From Gammaproteobacteria bacterium (lineage in GTDB: Bacteria; Pseudomonadota; Gammaproteobacteria; HyVt-429), in the NCBI GenBank assembly GCA_013152415.1, contig JAADGI010000019.1, positions 65,592 to 129,591 on the forward strand: a stretch of 64,000 nt of DNA, in the 5' to 3' direction. The notes beneath the pieces are model-generated. The model saw only the letters and a program-made list of their open reading frames with translations. It was not told the DNA's origin and made no database searches. Positions 9,149 to 19,181 of the stretch are shown here, one piece after another (the first letter of the stretch is position 1; every line of letters starts with the position of its first letter). Made by a program: the position numbers and the translations under genes.

Positions 9149-9515
9149 GATTCTCGAATTCGATTAGGGCGCTGAGATTAAAAGCCAGGGGTTCTACGTG
9201 CTCATAACTAATCACAAATGCCCTACCACGGGAACCACGTTCAATTTTTAATGCCGTTTTTAAGTCAACTAATCCACCCGCATAATCAATGTAAAGAATC
9301 TTATCCAAGCGATTTATTATAAAACTCTTTGTGGCAGTGGCAGCACCCGGTTCCGATGCAACAGTTTCTAACGCCCGCTTTAGCTTATAATTTGCCATAT
9401 AAGGGGGAAACAACTTCATAAACAGTAGGGTGAAAAATGCCACCAATATCATCATTCCCAGCAACCCCCATAAGGTCCAACCCGATTGCTGTCTAATGCC
9501 GCCTATTTCACGCAT
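9123..9515 (-). CDS. DUF4845-family protein (pilin-like N-terminus)
   Basis: QQSGWTLWGLL hydrophobic N-terminus; conserved position between lepB and rnc. Confidence 0.8.
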   Translation of the reverse strand: MREIGGIRQQSGWTLWGLLGMMILVAFFTLLFMKLFPPYMANYKLKRALETVASEPGAATATKSFIINRLDKILYIDYAGGLVDLKTALKIERGSRGRAFVISYEHVEPLAFNLSALIEFENRVEVSRYR

Positions 9516-9538
9516 AGCCCTTCTCACTGTTGATCTTG

Positions 9539-10312
9539 CTAATTGATTACAGACCCTATTCGCTTCCAATTAACACCCCCCCCATTCGCATAGTCCCAAC
9601 TAAACCACACAAAGAAGGCCTTGCCCACAACAAGCCCATCATCCACATAACCCCAGTAGCGACTATCGTTGCTGTGATCACGGTTATCCCCCATTACAAA
9701 ATATTGACCCGCCGGGACCACGAACTCCATTCGAGGCTGTTCTACGCGTTGATCATGCAGCATGGCATGGCCGGTGTCGTTCAGGTATTCAATTTTACGT
9801 TGAGTGCTAATGCTACGCTGTCCACTATCCGATATTGCATACCCGCCATCTTCCTTTTGTTTGACAAGATTGCCATTAATGTACAGCGTTTTATTTTCAT
9901 AGACAATACGATCCCCAGACAACCCCACTACGCGTTTGATATAGTTTATTGATGGGTTATGTGGATAACGAAACACCATCACATCACCACGCTGTGGCGT
10001 ACTGACATCAACTAATTTTAGATTGAGTATGGGCAGACGAATGCCATATTTATATTTATTAACCAGAATAAAATCACCTATGAGCAAGCTGGGCAACATC
10101 GACCCAGATGGGATTCGGAAGGGCTCTACCAGAAAGGAGCGCAGCAAGAATACGATCAGGATGACGGGAAAAAATGCGCGTGCATACTCCACCAACAGTG
10201 GCTCTTTGGTGCTATGTGAGGGTTTGCGTTTTGCCGCCCAAATACCCCACAACCCAATAACTCCGGTCACCACCAGGGCAATAAACATTACCATTGAGAA
10301 ATCAATATTCAC
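9539..10312 (-). CDS. lepB: Signal peptidase I
   Basis: EPFRIPSGSM, YIKRVVG, MGDNRDHSNDSRYWG. Confidence 0.97.
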   Translation of the reverse strand: MNIDFSMVMFIALVVTGVIGLWGIWAAKRKPSHSTKEPLLVEYARAFFPVILIVFLLRSFLVEPFRIPSGSMLPSLLIGDFILVNKYKYGIRLPILNLKLVDVSTPQRGDVMVFRYPHNPSINYIKRVVGLSGDRIVYENKTLYINGNLVKQKEDGGYAISDSGQRSISTQRKIEYLNDTGHAMLHDQRVEQPRMEFVVPAGQYFVMGDNRDHSNDSRYWGYVDDGLVVGKAFFVWFSWDYANGGGVNWKRIGSVIN

Positions 10313-12118
10313 CTATTCTCCTTTTATGCTCAACACCGCCAGAAAGGCTTCTTGAGGAATCTCTACTGAACCAATTTGTTTCATACGTTTTTTGCCAGCT
10401 TTCTGCTTTTCCAATAATTTTCGCTTCCGGGTAATATCACCACCATAACATTTTGCCGTAACATTCTTGCGCAGTGCCTTTACGGTTTCTCTGGCAATAA
10501 TCTTAGCACCTACCGCAGCCTGAATCGCCACATCAAACATTTGCCTGGGTATCAGCCCACGCATAGTCTTAACCAATTCACGCCCTCTGAAATGACTGGA
10601 ATCTCGATGAACAATCACCGACAACGGACCTACCCGCTCACCGTTGATTAACACATCTAAGCGACACATGTCAGATTCCCTAAATTCCAGGAATTCATAG
10701 TCCAGGGAGGCGTAACCGCGACTGATCGATTTCAGGCGATCATAGAAGTCTAATACGACTTCGGAATTGGGTATCTCGAATATTAGCATGACTTGGCGAC
10801 CGTGATATTGAATATCTCGCTGTACGCCCCTTTTTTCTATACACAATGAGATAATAGGCCCCACATAGTCTTGCGGACTCAGTATACGGGCCAGGATAAT
10901 AGGCTCCTGAATGGCCTCAATTTCGCCCACCTCGGGTAGCCGTGCGGGGTTATCAATCGTAACTAAATTTCCCTTGTGGGTTAATACCTTGAAGACTACG
11001 GTGGGTGCCGTGGTAATCAAATCAATGTTGTACTCTCGCTCCAAACGCTCTTGAATGATTTCCATGTGCAAGGTACCCAGGAAACCACAACGAAACCCGA
11101 AGCCCAAGGCCTGCGAGGATTCCGCTTCATATTGGAGCGAGGCGTCATTGAGGCTCAATTTTTGTAAGGCATCACGAAAGGCATCATAGTCTGCGGCATT
11201 GATGGGAAAAAGCCCGGCGAAGACCTGTGGTTTGACATCGACAAAACCGGGCAATGCTTGTTTGGCCGGTTTTTGGACATGGGTTACCGTATCACCCACC
11301 CGTGCCGCCTTGATGTCTTTCACTCCGGCAACAAGATAGCCCACCTCACCTGCAAACAGGGCCTCACGTTGAATCTTTTTGGGAGTAAAAACCCCTATCT
11401 GCTCTACTCGATAATCCTGGTTGGCCGCCATCATACGGATACGATCTTTTGTCCTTAAGGTCCCCTCCATAATGCGCACCAAAGAGACCGTGCCTAAATA
11501 ATTATCGAACCATGAATCTACAATAAGGGCTTGCAAAGGTGCCTCGGGGTCTCCCAAAGGAGGGGGTAATAATTCAACAATAGATTCCAGTAAATCCTCG
11601 ACCCCCAGACCGGTCTTGGCGCTGACACGCAGTGCCTGTGAACTGTCGATCCCTATTACATCCTCAATTTCCTGGGAGGCTAACTCCGGGTCCGCTGCGG
11701 GCAGGTCAATTTTATTCAAAACCGGTATCACCTCCAGGCCCAGATCAATAGCAGTGTAGCAATTGGCCACTGTTTGCGCCTCTACACCCTGGGCGGCATC
11801 AACCACCAATATTGCCCCTTCGCAGGCAGTGAGTGACCTGGATACTTCGTATGAGAAATCGACATGGCCTGGGGTATCAATAAGATTTAACTGATACTGC
11901 TGCCCGTCTTTAGAGCGATAAGCCAAACAGACGCTCTGGGCCTTGATCGTAATACCCCGTTCCTTTTCCAGATCCATGGAATCCAATACCTGGGCATTCA
12001 TCTCACGCACACTCAGACCACCACAGTGCTGGATAAAGCGATCTGCCAGGGTGGACTTGCCATGATCGATATGGGCGATAATGGAAAAATTTCGGATGTA
12101 CTGACGATCCAGGTTCAT
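10313..12118 (-). CDS. lepA: Elongation factor 4 (LepA)
   Basis: [40 protein letters not shown]. Confidence 0.98.
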   Translation of the reverse strand: MNLDRQYIRNFSIIAHIDHGKSTLADRFIQHCGGLSVREMNAQVLDSMDLEKERGITIKAQSVCLAYRSKDGQQYQLNLIDTPGHVDFSYEVSRSLTACEGAILVVDAAQGVEAQTVANCYTAIDLGLEVIPVLNKIDLPAADPELASQEIEDVIGIDSSQALRVSAKTGLGVEDLLESIVELLPPPLGDPEAPLQALIVDSWFDNYLGTVSLVRIMEGTLRTKDRIRMMAANQDYRVEQIGVFTPKKIQREALFAGEVGYLVAGVKDIKAARVGDTVTHVQKPAKQALPGFVDVKPQVFAGLFPINAADYDAFRDALQKLSLNDASLQYEAESSQALGFGFRCGFLGTLHMEIIQERLEREYNIDLITTAPTVVFKVLTHKGNLVTIDNPARLPEVGEIEAIQEPIILARILSPQDYVGPIISLCIEKRGVQRDIQYHGRQVMLIFEIPNSEVVLDFYDRLKSISRGYASLDYEFLEFRESDMCRLDVLINGERVGPLSVIVHRDSSHFRGRELVKTMRGLIPRQMFDVAIQAAVGAKIIARETVKALRKNVTAKCYGGDITRKRKLLEKQKAGKKRMKQIGSVEIPQEAFLAVLSIKGE

Positions 12119-12166
12119 GGCACCAATCTGTTGTTACCCAGCACTACCTGTGGGGTGTAAAATTAC

Positions 12167-12193
12167 AAAGAAAAAGGGTGCCTGCCGGCACCC
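12167..12193 (-). terminator. Intrinsic-terminator-like hairpin between degP and lepA
   Basis: Minus strand GGGTGCC-GGCA-GGCACCC followed by TTTTTCTTT. Confidence 0.65.
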
Positions 12194-12271
12194 ATTCCCG
12201 TTACGTCCAGGACGTCTTATAGCCTAAATGTGCATCAAGGAGAAGCGGATTCAAGCGTAATCGACTGGGGT

Positions 12272-13687
12272 CTATGAATCCGGCACTTTCAACACCAAAA
12301 ACATCGAACCTGCCTGTCTTTTTACCAAAATAGGCAAGGTGGCGCCGGGCTTAGCCGCCTTGATGATCTTGGTAAATTCCTGAGTCGAGCTTACCCGTTT
12401 TTTATCGACCTGCAAAATAATATCTTGTTCACGAATATCGGCTTGACGTGCCGGCCCTTGATTGACAATCACAACTAACAATCCATGATCCACGCCACGT
12501 TCCTTCATCTCCTTTTTGCTAAGCCCACGTAAACGCATGCCCATAAGGGCCTTATCACCACCTTGGGTACGTGAGGAAACACGCGACTCAAGTTCCTCGG
12601 TCTTGGGTAGCCTACCAATAACCACACTCAATGTCCTGGTCTTGCCATCTCGTATCACCTTGATGCTGGACTTAGCGCCCACCGTAGCGCGACCAACCAG
12701 GGGAGGCAGGTCTGAAGATTGGCGCACAGCTTGGCCATCAAACTCAATGATTACATCTCCCACGACCAGGGACGACTTGGACGCCGGGCTATCATCGAGA
12801 ATTGCCGCAACAAGAGCCCCGTAGGGTTTATCCATACCAAAACTCTTTGCAAGCTCACGGGTAACATTCTGTATCGTGACTCCCAACCAACCTCGTATCA
12901 CCTGTCCATGCTCTTTTAATTGATCAGCGACGCGCATAGCCAAATCAATAGGTACCGCAAAAGACAGTCCCATGAAACCACCCGTACGACTATAAATCTG
13001 GGCATTTATACCCACAACCTGGCCCTTGAGATTAAATAGTGGTCCCCCCGAATTACCAGGGTTGATTGCCACATCTGTTTGAATAAAGGGCACGTAGGTT
13101 TCGTTAGGCAAGCTTCGACCTTTGGCGGACACAATACCGGCCGTGGCCGAATTATCAAACCCGAAAGGTGAGCCAATGGCCAGCACCCACTCTCCCACCT
13201 GCAATTTAGAGGGGTCACCCACATTCAATGTAGGTAGATTCTTTGCCTCTATCTTCAACACCGCCACATCGCTTCGCTTGTCGGCACCCACAATCTTGGC
13301 TTCATATTCTTCTCGGTTGGTGAGACGAACAATGATTTCGCTGGCGTTATCGATAACATGGGCCGAAGTCAAAATATAACCGTCGGCAGAAATAATGAAC
13401 CCCGAACCCAAAGACTGAACATTATATTGTTGGGGAGTGCCATCAAAATAGTGCTTGAAAAAATCCCGAAATGGACTATTTTCGGGCAAATTGGGAATCT
13501 GCAAACCTTGCGGCAAGGGTGACCGCTTTATCTTTTGAGTCGTACTGATATTGACAACTGCGGTCCCATTTTTCTTTACTAATTCGGAAAAATTCGGAAG
13601 CTCAAAGAGTGCAGCCTGTAACGGTACAGCCACACACAGAAAAACCACACCAAAAGTAAAACTGATTAAACGCCTCATACTGAACAC
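12272..13687 (-). CDS. DegP/DegQ (MucD-like) periplasmic serine endoprotease with two PDZ domains
   Basis: GSGFIIS, TSAHV, SDVAVLK, INPGNSGGPL; in rpoE cluster. Confidence 0.95.
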   Translation of the reverse strand: MFSMRRLISFTFGVVFLCVAVPLQAALFELPNFSELVKKNGTAVVNISTTQKIKRSPLPQGLQIPNLPENSPFRDFFKHYFDGTPQQYNVQSLGSGFIISADGYILTSAHVIDNASEIIVRLTNREEYEAKIVGADKRSDVAVLKIEAKNLPTLNVGDPSKLQVGEWVLAIGSPFGFDNSATAGIVSAKGRSLPNETYVPFIQTDVAINPGNSGGPLFNLKGQVVGINAQIYSRTGGFMGLSFAVPIDLAMRVADQLKEHGQVIRGWLGVTIQNVTRELAKSFGMDKPYGALVAAILDDSPASKSSLVVGDVIIEFDGQAVRQSSDLPPLVGRATVGAKSSIKVIRDGKTRTLSVVIGRLPKTEELESRVSSRTQGGDKALMGMRLRGLSKKEMKERGVDHGLLVVIVNQGPARQADIREQDIILQVDKKRVSSTQEFTKIIKAAKPGATLPILVKRQAGSMFLVLKVPDS

Positions 13688-13876
13688 CTATTTCCTATCC
13701 AAAGTAATAACAACTCAATATATGGGCACTTCTTGTTCGCTAATCAAGAGTTTCTCACTGCCCTTCACTGAGGGCTCCTTTTTTCGGCAACCTTGAAGAT
13801 ATTTGTCGAGGGCCCGCAGGGAGGAGAAGAATGCATACTCAGCTCTATGCCCTCTGCACAAACAACCGGAAGTTCT

Positions 13877-14842
13877 CTAATTCTTATGCACCACGGCACG
13901 ACCAATATAGTCTACCGTGACCGCCGGAACCTCACCAACAGCAGTAATTTGGTAACCATCCAGCACCCTACCAAAGGCATTAACCGCACCCATATGACTC
14001 AATCCAAGCATGGGTTGGGTGTCTCCCGGTTGGAGTTTTTCGATAAACACTGAAACGGCCGAAATACCGTCCGAATAGACAAGATGTTCCAGTGGTACTT
14101 TCTTGACAGGCTGAAGCCGAGAGGTCTTACTGGTCAATCGATATCCCTTAGGTAATTTCTGTGCGACCCACCCGCTTAGTGAGCTGGCCGACGGTGGTTT
14201 TTTCTCATCGCCGTGCCACACAAGGTTGGCCTTGGGAGTGACAGGCATAAATTGCGTATTATCTATTTTTGATTTTACTGTGATATGGGTAAACATATAT
14301 TGCTCAATAGCACGTCCTTTCTGACCCACAAGATCCACTTTGAGTAAGAGCCCATGCTCGGTATCTATCCAAAACCGATACCCGTAACGAAATTCATCCT
14401 TGGGTTTAACAACGAGGAGCTGTACAGGCCTGCCAGCAATCCGATCTTGTGATCCCAGATTTAAGTCGTAACTTTCCTTGAGCATATCAATACGCTCAGC
14501 CAGTACGGCAGGAAACCCCGAGGTACTGGCCCTCCTATATTCATGAACTCCCATTTTCCGGTTGGGGAGATAACACCAAACCTGATCTTTATCACGAATA
14601 ATTTCCCGGGCTTCACCATTTAGTGAAAACAGGCGTTCACGGTGCACACCCTTAACCAACTCATGAGCAACCTGCATGGTTTCAATGCGGTTATCATGCA
14701 GATACACAAAGATACCTTCATAGCTCACTGTTTTCGCAGCATGATGCATACGCATCAGCCACGACTGTGCTGTATCACCGGCGATGGCTGTGCTGGTGCT
14801 AAAAACTCCCAGCACAGCAGCAAATAAAACGTCTTTAAACAC
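13877..14842 (-). CDS. rseB: Sigma-E regulatory protein RseB/MucB
   Basis: YEGIFVY, ERLFSLNGEAREIIR, PKDEFRYGY, YSDGISAVSVFIE, VGEVP. Confidence 0.93.
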   Translation of the reverse strand: MFKDVLFAAVLGVFSTSTAIAGDTAQSWLMRMHHAAKTVSYEGIFVYLHDNRIETMQVAHELVKGVHRERLFSLNGEAREIIRDKDQVWCYLPNRKMGVHEYRRASTSGFPAVLAERIDMLKESYDLNLGSQDRIAGRPVQLLVVKPKDEFRYGYRFWIDTEHGLLLKVDLVGQKGRAIEQYMFTHITVKSKIDNTQFMPVTPKANLVWHGDEKKPPSASSLSGWVAQKLPKGYRLTSKTSRLQPVKKVPLEHLVYSDGISAVSVFIEKLQPGDTQPMLGLSHMGAVNAFGRVLDGYQITAVGEVPAVTVDYIGRAVVHKN

Positions 14843-14848
14843 GGAAGT

Positions 14849-15412
14849 CTATGGTGCGGTATCGTAGCTGACAAACTTGGCGTAAGTGCTCAGCCCATTC
14901 ATCCCTGACATTGAAGTGAATTCACCATGCTCTACCAGATAAACATTCAACTTGTTCTCCATATCGGGTGACAGGGTATTCCAACGCGTTGCATCCGGGT
15001 AATCTGCATCGACATTCGTATTGGGAATGCTGACACCTGCAACCTGGCTTACGCTTGTAGGTGGTGTCCATTCAAACTGTTGCGCCACAAAGATTGCCAC
15101 CGTTGCTACCGAGGCAGCAACAGCCAAACCAATAACCGGCTTGAGGAATCGGTGTGCCGCCAGGCTGCGCAAACGGCCCGGTGCGAGACAGGTGGGTTCC
15201 TTTTCAATCTGCGCACGCACACGATCAACCCATTGTGGGTCACCCGAAACCCACAAATCATTTCTGATAACGGCGCCAATAATTTGGTAACGGTGCCATG
15301 TCTGACGTGCAGACTCGTCCGTTTTCAGTTGATTCATCACCCTATCGAACTCTGCAGAATTATATTCCGAGTCCACTACAGCTGATATGTTTTCTTCACT
15401 CACCTGAATCAC
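14849..15412 (-). CDS. rseA: Anti-sigma-E factor RseA/MucA
   Basis: ENISAVVDSE, TWHRYQIIGAVIR, a single TM helix, YLVEH. Confidence 0.9.
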   Translation of the reverse strand: MIQVSEENISAVVDSEYNSAEFDRVMNQLKTDESARQTWHRYQIIGAVIRNDLWVSGDPQWVDRVRAQIEKEPTCLAPGRLRSLAAHRFLKPVIGLAVAASVATVAIFVAQQFEWTPPTSVSQVAGVSIPNTNVDADYPDATRWNTLSPDMENKLNVYLVEHGEFTSMSGMNGLSTYAKFVSYDTAP

Positions 15413-15418
15413 CCATTC

Positions 15419-15994
15419 TTAATCAATTAACGGCCTCAAGGCCCTGTCGATAGCTTCCCGTGCGCGAAATATTCTTGATCGCACCGTACCTATTGGACAA
15501 TCCATTGCTTTGGAAATTTCCTCGTAACTCAAACCGTCCAACTCCCTTAAAGTAATCGCTGTCCGCAGATCCTCTGGCAAGGCATTGATTGCCGTAGATA
15601 CGGCATCGGCAATCTCCCGGCTCAAGGCCAAATTTTCGGGCGTCGCATTCTCGCGTATAGCGCCGCCACGCTCTGTTTGTTCGGCATCCTGGGCCTCAAT
15701 ATCGGTACTCGGCGGTCTACGTCCCAAGGCAACCAGGTGGTTCTTAGATGTATTTACCGCGATCCGGTAGAGCCAGGTATAAAATGCACTGTCGCCTCGG
15801 AATGACCCAATAGCCCGATAGGCCTTAATGAAGACTTCTTGGGTAATATCAGAAACTTCTGCATGATCGTAAACATACCTGGAAACCAGATTAGCGACCT
15901 TGTGCTGATATTTACCCACAAGCAGGTCAAAGGCAGATTTCTCACCCTGCTGCACCCGCTGCACCAGATCAAGATCAATATGTCGCTCGGCCAT
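15419..15994 (-). CDS. rpoE: RNA polymerase sigma-E (RpoE/AlgU)
   Basis: FRGDSAFYTWLYRIAVN, CPIGTVRSRIFRAREAI. Confidence 0.97.
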   Translation of the reverse strand: MAERHIDLDLVQRVQQGEKSAFDLLVGKYQHKVANLVSRYVYDHAEVSDITQEVFIKAYRAIGSFRGDSAFYTWLYRIAVNTSKNHLVALGRRPPSTDIEAQDAEQTERGGAIRENATPENLALSREIADAVSTAINALPEDLRTAITLRELDGLSYEEISKAMDCPIGTVRSRIFRAREAIDRALRPLID

Positions 15995-16043
15995 ATCAGC
16001 CTATATCCCGGGCATGCCGAACAACAACAAACCGATGTTCATA

Positions 16044-16070
16044 AAAGACCTCAAAAAGCACAGAAAGTTC
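16044..16070 (-). promoter_or_regulatory. Sigma-E-dependent (autoregulatory) promoter of rpoE
   Basis: Minus strand GAACTT-N16-TCTTT about 50 bp upstream of the rpoE start, close to consensus GAACTT-N16-TCTRA. Confidence 0.65.
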
Positions 16071-16207
16071 GCCAAATCCACCAGGATTACTTATTATTCT
16101 ACGGATGTTCCATCGCCTCTTAAACAGGCAGCGGTCAAACGACGCAATGCCCCAGTGCGTCCTATGATAACCCAATCTATCAGTTCACGCTTAATCTGCA
16201 CAATTAA

Positions 16208-17845
16208 ATGACTTCGCAACACACTACAGGGACCCTCATTGTAGGCGCCGGCCTGGCGGGTCTATCGCTTGCCTTAAGGCTGGCGAATCATATGCCGGTG
16301 ACCTTACTGGCCAAAAAAGAACTGACTGAAGGCGCAAGTCTCTACGCCCAAGGCGGAATCGCCGCAGTATTGGCCGAAGATGATTCCTGCATGGCCCATT
16401 GCCAGGACACCCTGAATGCCGGTGCAGGTCTGTGCCGCCCCGACGTGGTGGAGCACGTCATTAGCCGAGGTCCCAGGGCAATACGGTGGCTGGAGGATCA
16501 AGGTGTCCAGTTTAGCCCTGCTCACAGTGGCTTGGTGAGCCACCACCTCACCCAGGAGGGTGGCCACAGCCACCGCAGGGTGGTCCATGCCCAGGATGCT
16601 ACCGGACGTATGATCTCCACAACCCTGGAGGCACAGGTCCGCAGCCATCCCCAAATCAGTGTATTGGAACACCACATCGCCATCGATTTGATCACCAATG
16701 AACGCCTCCAACCCCACCAAGCCCGACGTTGCCTGGGACTCTATGCCCTGGATAAGCAGACCGCTAATATCATCAGCCTGTCCGCCAACACCGTCGTACT
16801 CGCCACCGGCGGTGCCTCCAAGGCCTACCTCTACACCAGCAATCCCGACACCTCCACTGGCGATGGTATCGCCATGGCCTGGCGGGCTGGATGCCGGGTG
16901 GCGAATATGGAATTCGTGCAGTTTCACCCCACCTGCGTCTACCACCCCGAGGCAAAATCATTTCTGATTTCTGAAGCCGTCCGGGGTGAGGGGGGCAAAT
17001 TGGTATTGCCCGATGGCTCTGCCTTCATGCACCACCATGACCCCAGGGAAGAACTGGCACCGCGGGATATCGTCGCCCGCGCCATCGACTATGAAATGAA
17101 AAAGGGGGGCTATGACTCAGTATTTCTGGATATCAGCCACAAGCCCGCAGAATCAATCAAGTCTGCGTTTCCGACAATCTATGAACGCTGCCTTGGCTTT
17201 GGTTTTGATATGACCCGCCAAGCCATCCCCGTGGTCCCTGCCGCCCACTACAGTTGTGGTGGTGTGGTCACCGATATGAGTGGCCGTTGCGACCTTCCGG
17301 GCCTGTACACCATCGGTGAAAGTGCCTGCACCGGACTGCATGGTGCCAATCGATTGGCGAGCAATTCCCTGTTGGAATGCCTGGTGTTTGCCGAGTCGGC
17401 AGCGGAGGATATCCTCCGCCAGGGCCCGCTAAAAACAACCCGGCCTGAACTCAGTATCCCCGCCTGGGACGCCAGCCGGGTAGTGGACCCGGATGAACAA
17501 ATCGTGGTGTCACACAACTGGAACGAGCTACGACACTTTATGTGGGACTATGTCGGCATCGTTCGCACCAACAAACGCCTGGAACGGGCCGCCCGCAGGG
17601 CCCAGCTATTGAGCGCCGAGATCCAAGACTATTACAGCAGCTTCATTATCCATAACGACCTGATCGAATTACGCAATCTTTTGGTAGTAGCCGATTTGAC
17701 TATACAAAGTGCACGCCTGCGCCAGGAAAGCCGGGGATTACACTACACACTCGACTACCCACAAACCGATTCACAACACCCACCGCAAGATACCGTGCTC
17801 ACACCTGCCAGTCCCATTGATTCAAGCTGGCGCACAAACGCCTGA
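16208..17845 (+). CDS. nadB: L-aspartate oxidase
   Basis: AQGGIAAV, EGGHSHRRV, QFHPT, GLHGANRLASNSLLE; divergent from rpoE. Confidence 0.96.
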   Translation: MTSQHTTGTLIVGAGLAGLSLALRLANHMPVTLLAKKELTEGASLYAQGGIAAVLAEDDSCMAHCQDTLNAGAGLCRPDVVEHVISRGPRAIRWLEDQGVQFSPAHSGLVSHHLTQEGGHSHRRVVHAQDATGRMISTTLEAQVRSHPQISVLEHHIAIDLITNERLQPHQARRCLGLYALDKQTANIISLSANTVVLATGGASKAYLYTSNPDTSTGDGIAMAWRAGCRVANMEFVQFHPTCVYHPEAKSFLISEAVRGEGGKLVLPDGSAFMHHHDPREELAPRDIVARAIDYEMKKGGYDSVFLDISHKPAESIKSAFPTIYERCLGFGFDMTRQAIPVVPAAHYSCGGVVTDMSGRCDLPGLYTIGESACTGLHGANRLASNSLLECLVFAESAAEDILRQGPLKTTRPELSIPAWDASRVVDPDEQIVVSHNWNELRHFMWDYVGIVRTNKRLERAARRAQLLSAEIQDYYSSFIIHNDLIELRNLLVVADLTIQSARLRQESRGLHYTLDYPQTDSQHPPQDTVLTPASPIDSSWRTNA

Positions 17846-18230
17846 AGCTTTCCGCCGATGTGGCGTCGGACGGAATAAGCAAATACCCAAGCCCACGACC
17901 CCCGGGTCGACCCAGGCTAAGCCTCACCCATTGGCTTTGGACGATGGCCCGCAGCAACCGCAAATGCTGCTGCGACCCGTCACGGCGCATCAAAATCACA
18001 CCGTGGTCACCGAGTTTGAGGGTATGTATCGCCTGGTGTCCAAAGACCGGCACCAGGGCTGCGGTACAAAGTATCGTTACCGCACTCAGACCCAGCCCCT
18101 GCCACAATATATTTAGCGGCAGAAATAACAGTATGAGTAGCGCCCCCAAACCCGCTACAAGTACGCCAAGTACCAAGATGGGTGAGGGCCTAAGCGTCAG
18201 CTGAATTGAAATGTTGCAATTGTTCGACAA
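17799..18230 (-). CDS. YgfX-like membrane protein
   Basis: Two N-terminal TM segments, LLIPSDA....FRRL C-terminal motif, downstream of sdhE; start uncertain. Confidence 0.65.
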   Translation of the reverse strand: MSNNCNISIQLTLRPSPILVLGVLVAGLGALLILLFLPLNILWQGLGLSAVTILCTAALVPVFGHQAIHTLKLGDHGVILMRRDGSQQHLRLLRAIVQSQWVRLSLGRPGGRGLGYLLIPSDATSAESFRRLCASLNQWDWQV

Positions 18231-18453
18231 TATCCTTGACGTCCTTGTCGGCATTATCAGGGTGGGTACTCAGCCATTCCAGTAGCGATTGATCGGGATA
18301 ATCGAGCAACCGGGTAAACATCTGTTGCTGCTGGGAATCAAGGGCCTGGAAACGCTGCTCAAAAAACCCCTGCAACATAATATCCAGCTCCAGCATTCCG
18401 CGCCGGCATCGCCATTTGATTCGGCGTAATTCCGTTGGATCGGGGCTGCTCAT
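18190..18453 (-). CDS. sdhE: Succinate dehydrogenase assembly (flavinylation) factor
   Basis: RIKWRCRRGMLELD motif. Confidence 0.93.
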   Translation of the reverse strand: MSSPDPTELRRIKWRCRRGMLELDIMLQGFFEQRFQALDSQQQQMFTRLLDYPDQSLLEWLSTHPDNADKDVKDIVEQLQHFNSADA

Positions 18454-19151
18454 CCAGTCCGCTTGATCATTCTAAGTTTGATCTTACCGATGGCACGGGT
18501 GGGATTGAGGCTCTTGGGACAGACATCAGCACAATTCATGATCGTATGACAGCGAAATAAACGGTATGGATCTTCAAGGGCATCCAATCGTTGACCGCTG
18601 GCTTGATCACGGCTGTCGGCCAGAAACCGGTAGGCCTGAAGCAAGGCGGCCGGCCCCATAAAACGATCAGGGTTCCACCAAAAGGAAGGACATGCGGTAG
18701 AACAACAAGCGCATAAAAGGCATTCATATAACCCATCCAGCTCCTCCCGTTCCTCGGGGGACTGTAAACGCTCGATTTCGGGGACGGGGTCATGATTGAC
18801 TAGCCAGGGCTTCACCGCCCGGTATTGATTATAAAATTGGGTGAGATCCACAATCAGATCACGTATTACCGGCATCCCCGGTAAAGGCCTCAATACTACA
18901 GGTTCGGATAGATCCTTGATGGGGGTAATACAGGCCAAGCCATTACGCCCATTGATATTCATGGCGTCGGAACCACACACCCCCTCACCACAGGAACGTC
19001 GAAAGCTCAGGGAGTCATCCTGACTCTTGAGGGCAATCAATACGTCCAGGAGCATCCCGGAACCACTGTCTACTGGAGGATCGACCTCAAAGTCTTCCAT
19101 ATAAGGTTTTTTGTCCTCATCCGGGTTGTAACGATAGATCTTTAACTTCAT
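18450..19151 (-). CDS. sdhB: Succinate dehydrogenase iron-sulfur subunit
   Basis: RRSCGEGVCGSD, CLLCACCSTACP, CHTIMNCADVCP. Confidence 0.97.
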   Translation of the reverse strand: MKLKIYRYNPDEDKKPYMEDFEVDPPVDSGSGMLLDVLIALKSQDDSLSFRRSCGEGVCGSDAMNINGRNGLACITPIKDLSEPVVLRPLPGMPVIRDLIVDLTQFYNQYRAVKPWLVNHDPVPEIERLQSPEEREELDGLYECLLCACCSTACPSFWWNPDRFMGPAALLQAYRFLADSRDQASGQRLDALEDPYRLFRCHTIMNCADVCPKSLNPTRAIGKIKLRMIKRTG

Positions 19152-19181
19152 GGTCTATCCTCTGTCATCTCCATCTACCAC

